A stretch of 37,404 nucleotides of DNA. Origin: an uncultured Pirellulales bacterium. Lineage in GTDB: Bacteria > Planctomycetota > Phycisphaerae > Sedimentisphaerales > Anaerobacaceae. Below, piece by piece: positions 8,244-16,535 of this stretch (within the stretch, counting starts at the first letter, position 1; the number at the start of each line of letters is the position of its first letter). The notes beneath the pieces are model-generated. The model searched no databases. It was not told the origin of the DNA and saw only the letters and a program-made list of their open reading frames with translations. Made by a program: the position numbers and the translations under genes. Location: the NCBI GenBank assembly GCA_964431825.1, contig CAYSLN010000002.1:1-37404 (forward strand). The letters run 5' to 3'.

Positions 8244-10661
8244 ATGGGCGAGTTAAGACTTCCAGGTCTGGCTACAGGCATTGATACTTCCGCGCTTATC
8301 AAGCAGCTTATGATAATCAATAGCCGAAGGCTTGCCACATATCAGGTAAAAAAGACCAAATACGATGAACAAAAGACGGCACTTGATGATTTGCGAAGTA
8401 CTATCAGTGCAGCTAAGACGGCGGTAAGTGCTCTTTCTGATTCTGATGACCTGGATATTTTCAGCACAAGCTCCAGTGATAAGGACATATTAACCATCAG
8501 TGCATCATCAGGGGCAAATCCCGGCTCTCATTCAATTGAAATCGATCAATTAGCAACGACAGAAACGTGGATACAGGACACTTCCACCTTTAACTACAAG
8601 ACTGATTATGTAGGTGGCGGCAACTTTATATATTCCTATCATCATCAGGAAAGGACCATAACGGCAGTTGAGGACGAAACTACACTTCAAGACTTCGTCA
8701 ACTTAATAAATAACGATGAGGACAATCCCGGCGTTACTGCCAGCTTGCTGTATGAGGGAGGCAAATACCACTTGATGCTAAGCGGCCAGGAAACAGGAGA
8801 TGATTATCAAATAACCATCAATCCAACGTCTACAGAGGTATGGAAGCCTGATACAAACGAATCTTATCATACCTTTACTGACGATGGAGAAAACGCAGGC
8901 TCATCCACCAAAATCACAGAGCTCGACCAATTTAGCGGCACCCTTGGCGCAAGTGATAAAATCACAATCAGCGGTAAGAACCATCCCGGTACTGATTTGC
9001 CGGATAAAGAACTTACTATTACAGCAAATACAACTGTAGGTCATCTTATCGATGCGATTAATGAACAATTTGACGGAGTAGCAACTGCCAGACTTGATCA
9101 CGGCCAGATATGGCTGACGGACCATACCAATGGTACGAGCGGCATGGAAATCAGCAGCTTAATTTTCACAGGAGATGCGACGCTTAACCTGCCAACTATG
9201 GATGTTTCAACGGTGGGTGGTGGTACTCCGGAAAGCCTTTCATCTCTTAGTTCATCATCTTTCATCCAGACTCAGAATGCTCAGAGTTCATATATTAAGG
9301 TAGATGGCTATCCTGCATCGACGAATGGCGAGTTACAAACGCTGACTCTTGATCAAAATTCGAGTAGTGGTCATTTTCACTTGACTTACAACGGACAAAC
9401 AACCGGAGAGATCGCCGATAACGCCACTCCGGAGACTATCCAAGCCGCTCTTGAGGCATTGTCAAATGTTTCCGCTGGTGACATAATAGTAGGTGGCACA
9501 AGATTGAGCCAGACAGGCGATACAACGTTTCAATTCCTCGCTGCTGCAGGTGACGTTAGCATGATTTCGATAGATGCCAGCGCTCTCGTTGGCCCGAATA
9601 CCTGCACGTTTGTAGAAACGACAAAAGGCAGTGATGGGTGGATTCACAGAAACAGTAATAGCATTAACGATGCTATCAGTGGGATAACGCTAAATCTTCA
9701 TGACGTTACAGAAACCGATGAAACAATTGAAATAACCGTTACAAGAAACATCGCCGCAGTTGCTTCCCGGATAAAGGCCATGGTTAGCGCATACAATGGT
9801 TTGATAACCGTACTTGATGAAAAAACCAAATACGACGCCGAAACAAAAAAGTTGGGTATATTGAGCAACGATATAGCGATTTCCTTTATTGAGTCACAGG
9901 CATCTAACCCATTTATCGGGATAGTTGATGGTTTCATCGATACGATAGACAGCTTTGTTCAGGCCTCCGATATAGGTATTACCTTTGATGGTGCCGGAAT
10001 GATGGAATTCGACGAGGAGGAGTTCAATGATGCCATAAATGAAGATTTTGAGGGTGTCCTTGAGTTGCTTGGAGCAACCAAAAACGGCAACAGTAGTAGT
10101 ACTGTTGCCCAGTTTTATAATAGTAGCGATAAATATACAACCGCCGGTATTTACCATGTTAAGGTAAAGGTAGAGTATAATGGAGAGTTGGAACAAAATG
10201 TTATCACCGAGGCCAAGATAAAGCTATCTACCGACTCTACCTATCGCGATGCTACCTGGAGTGGAAATCTCATACTGGGCGATAGTGATTTTGATAGTGA
10301 AACCGGTAAACCTGCGTACCCTGAAAATAGTCTGCAGATTAGTGTAGACTTGACTAATACGGGCCAATACGGCACCGACGAAGATCCTATAGTCGTTCGA
10401 GTTAAGCAGGGTGTCTCAGGTGCCCTCGAAGATTTAATCGACGATGTACTTGAAGCTGAAGGCTGGCTTGATATCAGCAAAGGCATCCTTGATGATAAGA
10501 TAACTGCAATGGAGACAAGAATCGAAAAAGAAGAGGCCCGACTTGAAAAGGTGGAAACAAGACTTATCGAAAAATATGCACGCCTTGAAAAAACAATGGC
10601 TATGTTACAGCAGCAAATGGGGGCAGTCAGCATGGTTGACGCCATTACTTTTGGTTCTTAG
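8244..10661 (+). CDS. fliD: Flagellar filament cap protein FliD (hook-associated protein 2), unusually long at 805 aa
   Basis: FliD N-terminal motif LPGLATGIDTSALIKQLMIINSRRL. Central motif NSINDAISGITLNL. C-terminal coiled coil ILDDKITAMETRIEKEEARLEKVETRLIEKYARLEKTMAMLQQQ. Confidence 0.87.
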   Translation: MGELRLPGLATGIDTSALIKQLMIINSRRLATYQVKKTKYDEQKTALDDLRSTISAAKTAVSALSDSDDLDIFSTSSSDKDILTISASSGANPGSHSIEIDQLATTETWIQDTSTFNYKTDYVGGGNFIYSYHHQERTITAVEDETTLQDFVNLINNDEDNPGVTASLLYEGGKYHLMLSGQETGDDYQITINPTSTEVWKPDTNESYHTFTDDGENAGSSTKITELDQFSGTLGASDKITISGKNHPGTDLPDKELTITANTTVGHLIDAINEQFDGVATARLDHGQIWLTDHTNGTSGMEISSLIFTGDATLNLPTMDVSTVGGGTPESLSSLSSSSFIQTQNAQSSYIKVDGYPASTNGELQTLTLDQNSSSGHFHLTYNGQTTGEIADNATPETIQAALEALSNVSAGDIIVGGTRLSQTGDTTFQFLAAAGDVSMISIDASALVGPNTCTFVETTKGSDGWIHRNSNSINDAISGITLNLHDVTETDETIEITVTRNIAAVASRIKAMVSAYNGLITVLDEKTKYDAETKKLGILSNDIAISFIESQASNPFIGIVDGFIDTIDSFVQASDIGITFDGAGMMEFDEEEFNDAINEDFEGVLELLGATKNGNSSSTVAQFYNSSDKYTTAGIYHVKVKVEYNGELEQNVITEAKIKLSTDSTYRDATWSGNLILGDSDFDSETGKPAYPENSLQISVDLTNTGQYGTDEDPIVVRVKQGVSGALEDLIDDVLEAEGWLDISKGILDDKITAMETRIEKEEARLEKVETRLIEKYARLEKTMAMLQQQMGAVSMVDAITFGS

Positions 10662-11745
10662 ATGTACTAACCAGCCGTTTACGTTTTTCCTGCCGCAGCC
10701 GATAGATCATAGCTAATACCTCTGCCACTGCCGCGTATAGTGTCTGCGGTATAGAATCGCCGAGCTTAACTGTTGAATATATTGTTCTGGCCAATTCCGG
10801 TCTTCTTATAACAGGCACACCATAAGCCCGAGCGATCTCTCTGATTCTTTCTGCTAAGTGGCCTGCGCCTTTAGCTACCATAACGGGAGCTTCCATCGTC
10901 TTAGCTTCATAGCGAATCGCAACAGCTACATGCGTCGGGTTCACAAGAACAACACTGGCTTTGGGAACCTCCTGCATCATACGTTTCCTGGTCATTTCTA
11001 TCTGAATCCGGCGGACACGGGATTTAACCTCGGGTGAACCATCGGTGTCTTTCCGCTCCCGTTTTACTTCCTGCTTTGTCATTCTCAGATCCTTGGTATA
11101 TTTCCATTTCTGGAAAAAGACGTCGATGACCGCTATAACCAGAAGCGCTACGCAAACACGTATCAGCATTCCTAATATTATTCTTGCGATAGCCACCATT
11201 ATCTGTGCAGACCACGACCATCGAATAGCAGCAAGTGTATCTATCCTGCTGTGAAGATACAGCCAGACGATAATTGAAACAAAAATCAATTTTGCTATAG
11301 AGACACCCAGCTTTACTGCAGATTTAACATTAAACAGTCTCTCAAAACCTTTTATCGGATTGATTGCACTGAATTTCAAGTTCAAGGCCTGAGGCGCAAA
11401 ATTAAGGCCACTGATGGCAATACATGATAACATTGACCCTACAAAAAGTGCCGCCAGAATCGGGCACATAGCAATTGTCGAACTGACGATTTTTGTATTG
11501 ATAAAATTTATAAACGCTTTGTTGTCGGCGAAAATACTGATTTGCCCCGACATCCCCTGCTTCATTTGAATAATAAACCATTGCAGTAAAGCCGGTGCAG
11601 ATAAGGCCAGCACAATTACAAGCACCACAATCGAAACAGCCGCCGGCAATTCCTGGCTCTGGGCAACTTGCCCTTTCTCTTTTGCCTTCTTCAGCCGTCT
11701 TGGCGTTGGCTGTTCTGTTTTTTCAGCAGCTGGCTTCTCCGCCAT
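10645..11745 (-). CDS. flhB: Flagellar type III export gate / substrate-specificity switch protein FlhB
   Basis: N-terminus AEKTEQPTPRRLKKAKEKGQVAQSQEL, four TM segments, the autocleavage motif NPTH (VLVNPTHVAVAIRY), and a C-terminal AYGVPVIRRPELAR block. Confidence 0.94.
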   Translation of the reverse strand: MAEKPAAEKTEQPTPRRLKKAKEKGQVAQSQELPAAVSIVVLVIVLALSAPALLQWFIIQMKQGMSGQISIFADNKAFINFINTKIVSSTIAMCPILAALFVGSMLSCIAISGLNFAPQALNLKFSAINPIKGFERLFNVKSAVKLGVSIAKLIFVSIIVWLYLHSRIDTLAAIRWSWSAQIMVAIARIILGMLIRVCVALLVIAVIDVFFQKWKYTKDLRMTKQEVKRERKDTDGSPEVKSRVRRIQIEMTRKRMMQEVPKASVVLVNPTHVAVAIRYEAKTMEAPVMVAKGAGHLAERIREIARAYGVPVIRRPELARTIYSTVKLGDSIPQTLYAAVAEVLAMIYRLRQEKRKRLVSTSKNQK

Positions 11746-11797
11746 AATTTACACTCGATTTTAGTTTGCGTATTACAACAAAATAATTACTAATCAA

Positions 11798-12550
11798 TCA
11801 AAGGGGCAGCAGCTTGCCCATCCAATCAGCGAATTCAGTCACAAAATCATTAATAAACGGCAAAAACATCCCCGCCATCAGCAATCCAAGGCCCACACGC
11901 AACGGCAGACTGATAAATAAAATATTCATGTCCGGCATTATCCGTGCGAATACAGCCAACACAACCAGTAACAACAAAAACGCTGCTAACATCGGTGCGG
12001 CTAATCTTAGACACGCGATAAACATTATTGAACCAGCTTTAACTGTTCCGCCGACCAAAACTGGTATCGTTGGGATACTGCCAACAGGAAATGTCTCGTA
12101 ACTTCGTGAGATAATCAACAGAAACAAATGATGACCATTTGCGCTTAGAAATAAAAGTATAAATATCATTTCAATGAGTACGCTAAGCGGTTGGGTCCTT
12201 TCGCCCGTCAATGGATCCAAAGTCTCGGCCATTGCTAACCCCATTTGTCTTTCAATAATCCGCCCACTCAGTTTGACAGCAGAAAAAATAAAGACAACTA
12301 CTAACCCAAGAGCCAAACCATAAATTGCTTCGTTACTTATCAGCAATATAGCTTCCAATGCGGAGATTTGTTTGGAATTGACGGTAGAAGGAACAACTGT
12401 TGAAAAAAAAACTGAAATTAACAAAACAATCGCGACTTTGATTCTAACAGGAATGGTTTTCCAGCTGAAAACAGGTGTTACCAGAAAAAATGCCGACATC
12501 CTTGTCAGTACCAACACAAATCCGAGCAGCTTTGTTATCATCAACTCCAT
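11798..12550 (-). CDS. fliR: Flagellar export apparatus protein FliR
   Basis: 250-aa polytopic membrane protein (LVLTRMSAFFLVTPVF, GLALGLVV). It occupies the position between fliQ and flhB. Confidence 0.9.
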   Translation of the reverse strand: MELMITKLLGFVLVLTRMSAFFLVTPVFSWKTIPVRIKVAIVLLISVFFSTVVPSTVNSKQISALEAILLISNEAIYGLALGLVVVFIFSAVKLSGRIIERQMGLAMAETLDPLTGERTQPLSVLIEMIFILLFLSANGHHLFLLIISRSYETFPVGSIPTIPVLVGGTVKAGSIMFIACLRLAAPMLAAFLLLLVVLAVFARIMPDMNILFISLPLRVGLGLLMAGMFLPFINDFVTEFADWMGKLLPL

Positions 12551-12553
12551 TAA

Positions 12554-12823
12554 TCACTGCCCGATGCTTTGAATATGACCGAAAATCTCATTCATAAATT
12601 TAAGCAGTGTACCCAGCATCCAACTGCCGAAAAGCAGTGTGACAAACCCCACACCAATAAGCTTGGGCACTACCGTTAAAGACATATCACGTATGGAGGT
12701 AACCGCTTGAAGCAATGTCACCACTACGCCTACAATGACACAGGTCAGCAAAATCGGTGCCGACACAAGCAACGCCGTCTCGAGTGCTTGTCGCCCCAGA
12801 TAAATAGCAAAACTACTATCCAT
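12554..12823 (-). CDS. fliQ: Flagellar export apparatus protein FliQ
   Basis: 89 aa with two TM helices. The pattern ALETALLVSAPILL...VGVVVTLLQAVTSIRDMSLTVVPKL is typical of FliQ. Confidence 0.93.
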   Translation of the reverse strand: MDSSFAIYLGRQALETALLVSAPILLTCVIVGVVVTLLQAVTSIRDMSLTVVPKLIGVGFVTLLFGSWMLGTLLKFMNEIFGHIQSIGQ

Positions 12824-12852
12824 CCGTTAAATCCTTATAAAAAATTAATGCC

Positions 12853-13671
12853 TTATTGGAACCCCAGACTAAGGCTCTTAGCCAACAATCCCCATCCATC
12901 GACAAGAATAAATAATATCAGCTTGAAAGGCAGCGAAATCATTACTGGTGGCAGCATCATCATGCCGGCACTAAGCAGAACACTGGCGATAACAAGATCA
13001 ACTACCAAAAAGGGGATAAACAAAAGACAGCCTATCTCAAACGCCGTTCGAAACTCACTGATAATAAATGCCGGAATTACTATGTGCAGACCAATTTCCC
13101 TTGGATTGGCCGGGGATTCTATCTTTGCCATCTGCACAAAAAGTGCCAAATCGGATTCACGACACTGCCGGAGCATAAATTCCTTAATAGCGCCACCTGC
13201 GTTACGACCTGCTGTTTCGAAATCAATCTCATCTGCCAGATAAGGTCGAATACTGGTTTCATTAATTCTGGAAAATGTAGGGGTCATCGTATACAGCGTC
13301 AGAAACAATGCCAGCCCTATAATAGCAATAGTTGGCGGTATAGTTTGAGTAGTCAGAGCCCGACGAACAAAAGACAGCACTATAACTATTCGCGTAAAGG
13401 ACGTCATCATCACCAGGAGACTTGGTAAAATCGCCAGGCCGCTAAAGATGATTACAAGCTTGACAGGTGTCGACCAATCTCTGCCCTCAGTTCTATCAGA
13501 GGTTGCCTTATCTACAACTGTCATCAGGTCACCTATACTCGGGACCGAGTTTGTTTTATCTGGCACCTCCGCACTATCATCATTTTGACCAAAAGACAAA
13601 TTAGCCATTAACAAAACAACAAAAGCCAAAAAAAATATTCTAATAGGCTTAGCTTCCATTGGGGTCCTCAA
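12853..13671 (-). CDS. fliP: Flagellar export apparatus protein FliP
   Basis: Signal peptide plus an N-terminal extension, followed by conserved FliP blocks: LLVMMTSFTRIVIVLSFVRRALTTQTIPP, FMLRQ, AFIISEFRTAFEIG, DLVIASVLLSAGMMMLPP. Confidence 0.94.
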   Translation of the reverse strand: MRTPMEAKPIRIFFLAFVVLLMANLSFGQNDDSAEVPDKTNSVPSIGDLMTVVDKATSDRTEGRDWSTPVKLVIIFSGLAILPSLLVMMTSFTRIVIVLSFVRRALTTQTIPPTIAIIGLALFLTLYTMTPTFSRINETSIRPYLADEIDFETAGRNAGGAIKEFMLRQCRESDLALFVQMAKIESPANPREIGLHIVIPAFIISEFRTAFEIGCLLFIPFLVVDLVIASVLLSAGMMMLPPVMISLPFKLILFILVDGWGLLAKSLSLGFQ

Positions 13672-14144
13672 TTATTATCTATTTGGTTTGCCGGCAAATC
13701 CACTTCAGACAATTCATTAGTTACATCAGCCAACTTGGTGATACTTTCGTTTGTGCTGGCTATAAGAAGCATCTGCCTGCCTATTTTAATCAAATGTACT
13801 GCCTTACGCGGCCCGAGGTGAACTGTTTCGCAAACCTGAATCCTTTTGCCGGGTTGGCGAGTGAACCTTGGTAGAAGTATTTTTGATAGATAAATCGCCG
13901 CTACGCCCAAAACAACAACCAGTAAAACCATTAGTATCATTTTGAAGAACAATTCTCTGGCGCAAGAATTATTATCCGAGGCTACGGTAAGTTTTGGCTG
14001 GTTGGGATACAGAGAACCGGAATTATCAAACAACGATTTTGTACTTTCTTTTGCGCCGGATTGGGCCGAGTATACAAACGCTGCACCGCTGCACAGCGCA
14101 ATTGACAACGCATACACTACGATTTTTTTCTTAGTTAATCCCAT
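13668..14144 (-). CDS. fliO: Flagellar biosynthesis protein FliO
   Basis: One TM helix followed by RIQVCETVHLGPRKAVHLIKIGRQMLLIASTNESITKL, matching the FliO pattern (i.v...sLGpr..l.lv.vg...lLlg.t...i). The stop overlaps the fliP start by 4 nt. Confidence 0.72.
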   Translation of the reverse strand: MGLTKKKIVVYALSIALCSGAAFVYSAQSGAKESTKSLFDNSGSLYPNQPKLTVASDNNSCARELFFKMILMVLLVVVLGVAAIYLSKILLPRFTRQPGKRIQVCETVHLGPRKAVHLIKIGRQMLLIASTNESITKLADVTNELSEVDLPANQIDNN

Positions 14145-14180
14145 GCTATAAAATCACTATGCACAACTGTTATACTTACC

Positions 14181-14197
14181 AGCAAATAGCATGCCGA
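14181..14197 (-). promoter_or_regulatory. Candidate sigma54 (-24/-12) promoter, minus-strand sequence TCGGCATGCTATTTGCT
   Basis: GG-N10-GC spacing is exact and the -12 element is TTGC. The -24 element is CGGCAT rather than TGGCAC. It lies in the 194-nt gap between motB' and fliO, about 38 nt upstream of the fliO ATG and in the correct orientation. Confidence 0.5.
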
Positions 14198-14338
14198 AAC
14201 ATTAAAACGGGTGCTAATACAGCATAAACAGCCATTTTTGCGCAAAATCGAGTAAAGTATCTGACATAATGTCGAAAAACTTGACAGGGCTGCGAGTTCC
14301 TATTTACCCAAGGTTTTACGAAATGGAGGCCTGTAAAC

Positions 14339-15073
14339 CTAATCATTTACCCTCAAAACTGCGATTAGTATCTGGGACTGCTCGGAAACAGAACTGTCCC
14401 GAGTGGCCCAGCCACTTCCAGGCCCGCCCCCCCACGAATAAACGGGGCATTGGAGTTGCGAAGGCAAAAGACGCTTCAGGAAATCTGCAACAGTCTGAGC
14501 CCGCCTGGCAGACAATATCCACTGCCTTTTTTCAGTTCGTTCATCGCGAGCTAAACCTAACACATAGAGTTTAACCTCTCCTGAACCAGTATCCTGCTGC
14601 AAGTTAACAGCAAATTGTGTCAAAAACTTTTTTGCCGGTTCGTTTAACTGAGATTCATGTGGTGAAAAACTAATATTTGTTACTGAAAAATTGCTCCTTT
14701 CTGCCGCTATCTGTGAACGCTTTGTTTCCATAGTTCGAGTAACTTTTTCGAAAATCCTGCGAATATTTTCTTCTTTTGCATCTATAGTCCTAACAGCTAA
14801 GTCTTCATCTTGTCCGCTTATAAAATACTTGACTTTAGTCTTGCCAAAATCGTGCGTTATTTTCTTGCCCAAAAGCACACCGAGTCCGGCACCGCTAATG
14901 TGTCTCACAAATGCATCTCGGCTCACATTAAACAGTTCGGGATCCTGTACTTGTGCTAAACTCAAGAGCATAACAAAAAATGTCAGCAGCAGCGTTACCA
15001 TATCTGAAAAAGTAACGATATATGCAGGGACTTTAGCACCACTTTCTTCAGCTGCTTGCTTCTTGCGGCTCAA
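14339..15073 (-). CDS. motB: MotB-family stator protein, second paralog (OmpA-like C-terminal domain)
   Basis: N-terminal PAYIVTFSDMVTLLLTFFVMLL is the MotB TM helix with the conserved Asp. The C-terminal ILSARRAQTVADFLKRL is an OmpA/MotB peptidoglycan-binding motif. The TTG start overlaps the stop of the upstream motB by 4 nt (TTGA). Confidence 0.8.
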   Translation of the reverse strand: MSRKKQAAEESGAKVPAYIVTFSDMVTLLLTFFVMLLSLAQVQDPELFNVSRDAFVRHISGAGLGVLLGKKITHDFGKTKVKYFISGQDEDLAVRTIDAKEENIRRIFEKVTRTMETKRSQIAAERSNFSVTNISFSPHESQLNEPAKKFLTQFAVNLQQDTGSGEVKLYVLGLARDERTEKRQWILSARRAQTVADFLKRLLPSQLQCPVYSWGGGPGSGWATRDSSVSEQSQILIAVLRVND

Positions 15074-15762
15074 TTGTAAATACTCCGTTCTAACAATACA
15101 ATTTCAAGCATGCGGGTGGCTTTTGCTTGAGAATTATCCTCTATGTCATTATTGTGACTTTTTTGAAGTGTACCTGCTGCGATGCTGAATTGCCCCTTGT
15201 CGAGGCCCTGTTTTTTCGTTAAATACTCTATTATCGCCCATGCCCGCTGCAGCCCAAGATACTCGCTATCCTTTTCATCCCCTTGTCCATTTTCACTGAT
15301 AACCACCTTCCCAGGGACTTCTTTTAAAAATGATGCCATAACAGAAAGGGCCCTTCGACCCTGAAATGAAATAACCTTTCCATTGCCCCAGAAAATCGCC
15401 TCTGACGGGCTCAAAAATACCTTGTGCTCGTGGAAATTCTTAGACTCTGTTTCTTTTAGTAGTTTGTCTTCTTCTGCTTTTGTTAAAGTGGGCTTCTCGC
15501 TGCCCTTGTCAAGATTGTCATCGTATTGAATTAGATTTGTATCTGTAAGCGCACTCTTATCCCTCCTATCAAAACCAATTGAAGAAAACTCCTCGGTAAA
15601 TGTTTTTTGCAATCTACTAAGGGTCTTGTCATCGAAGGACGAAAAGCTCAGCAAAAGCACAAAGAATGTCAACAACAGTGTCATACAATCACTGAAAGTT
15701 ACCATCCATTCCGGCGCACCGGCTTCTTGCTCAGGTACCGTCTGTTTTCTCTTACGTCCCAT
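15070..15762 (-). CDS. motB: MotB-family stator protein, first paralog
   Basis: N-terminal PEWMVTFSDCMTLLLTFFVLLL is the MotB TM helix with the conserved Asp. The C-terminal LGLQRAWAIIEYL is a more degenerate OmpA-like motif. The ATG overlaps the motA TAA by 1 nt (TAATG). Confidence 0.77.
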   Translation of the reverse strand: MGRKRKQTVPEQEAGAPEWMVTFSDCMTLLLTFFVLLLSFSSFDDKTLSRLQKTFTEEFSSIGFDRRDKSALTDTNLIQYDDNLDKGSEKPTLTKAEEDKLLKETESKNFHEHKVFLSPSEAIFWGNGKVISFQGRRALSVMASFLKEVPGKVVISENGQGDEKDSEYLGLQRAWAIIEYLTKKQGLDKGQFSIAAGTLQKSHNNDIEDNSQAKATRMLEIVLLERSIYN

Positions 15763-16532
15763 TAGATATTGGCCTTTACCTCTTCACGTCTGCCATGAGA
15801 AATAAACGCCTGCATCTTTTCCCCAACAGCGGTCGGATTTTCACCTTGTGCAATAGCACAGATGCCTTCTGTAATCATTTCCATCGCGGTCACCTCAGCT
15901 TTGGAATAAATCCCCAATTTGCCTGCTAACGGAATAAAAATTAGATTAGCGGCAAAGGCGCCATAAAAGGTGGTTAGCAGTGCTACCGCCATACCAGATC
16001 CAATTGATTCCGGCGATTCCAAGTTGCTGAGCATTTTAACCAAACCAATAAGTGTGCCTATCATCCCAAAGGCAGGAGCAGCTGCACCCATAAACTCCAG
16101 TATTTTCTTGCCGGTTGAATGTCGGTCCTGAAGATACTGAATCTCAAGTGTCATAAGTTCGCGAATGTTCTCCGATTCTTGTCCATCTACAAGCATCTGC
16201 AAACCCTTGACAAAAAACAAATCGTTTACGTTGCGAATCTCCTGCTCCAAAGCCAATGCCCCGTCCCGTCGGTTAATAGCAGCATAATTAACCATTTTTT
16301 GAATCAATTCCGATGGCGATGGAATCTTGGAAACTATTGTCTTTCTGATTATTGAAAATATTCCAAAAAACTGTGGCAGTGAAAAATGTATCATTGTTGC
16401 GCATATCATCCCTCCTATGGTTATTGCCATCGAAGGAGCGTCAAAAAACATTCCGCCGCCACCGCCAGCTACAATAGCCCCAATTACTACCACTAGACCA
16501 AATAAAACTCCTACTACAGTCGCAATATCCAC
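15762..16532 (-). CDS. motA: Flagellar stator protein MotA
   Basis: 256 aa with four TM segments. Conserved blocks are AAPAFGMIGTLIGLVKML and MAVALLTTFYGAFAANLIFIPLAGKL. Confidence 0.92.
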   Translation of the reverse strand: MDIATVVGVLFGLVVVIGAIVAGGGGGMFFDAPSMAITIGGMICATMIHFSLPQFFGIFSIIRKTIVSKIPSPSELIQKMVNYAAINRRDGALALEQEIRNVNDLFFVKGLQMLVDGQESENIRELMTLEIQYLQDRHSTGKKILEFMGAAAPAFGMIGTLIGLVKMLSNLESPESIGSGMAVALLTTFYGAFAANLIFIPLAGKLGIYSKAEVTAMEMITEGICAIAQGENPTAVGEKMQAFISHGRREEVKANI

Positions 16533-16535
16533 AGT

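Noticed and set aside
10241-10645. 134-aa minus-strand ORF whose ATG overlaps the flhB stop (TAATG), which suggests translational coupling.
   Set aside because: It runs entirely antisense to the conserved C-terminal coiled coil of fliD. It is Ser-rich and low-complexity, as expected for the reverse complement of E/K/L-rich coding sequence. Nothing resembles flhA or any known family.
13133-13149. sigma54-like match TGGCAC-TTTTT-GTGC on the minus strand inside fliP.
   Set aside because: The -12 element is GTGC rather than TTGC, and the site is intragenic. By my rough estimate one such relaxed match is expected by chance in a window of this size. It cannot be distinguished from coincidence without TSS data.
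12707-13243. 178-aa ORF antisense to fliP. Similar long antisense ORFs lie at 29055-29573 (opposite fliC), 20102-20599 (opposite fliG), 17331-17834 (opposite fliJ/fliI) and 14691-15188 (opposite the motB genes).
   Set aside because: Each lies opposite a gene with unambiguous family motifs and has biased, low-complexity composition (Ser/Arg/Ile-rich). These are typical shadow ORFs.
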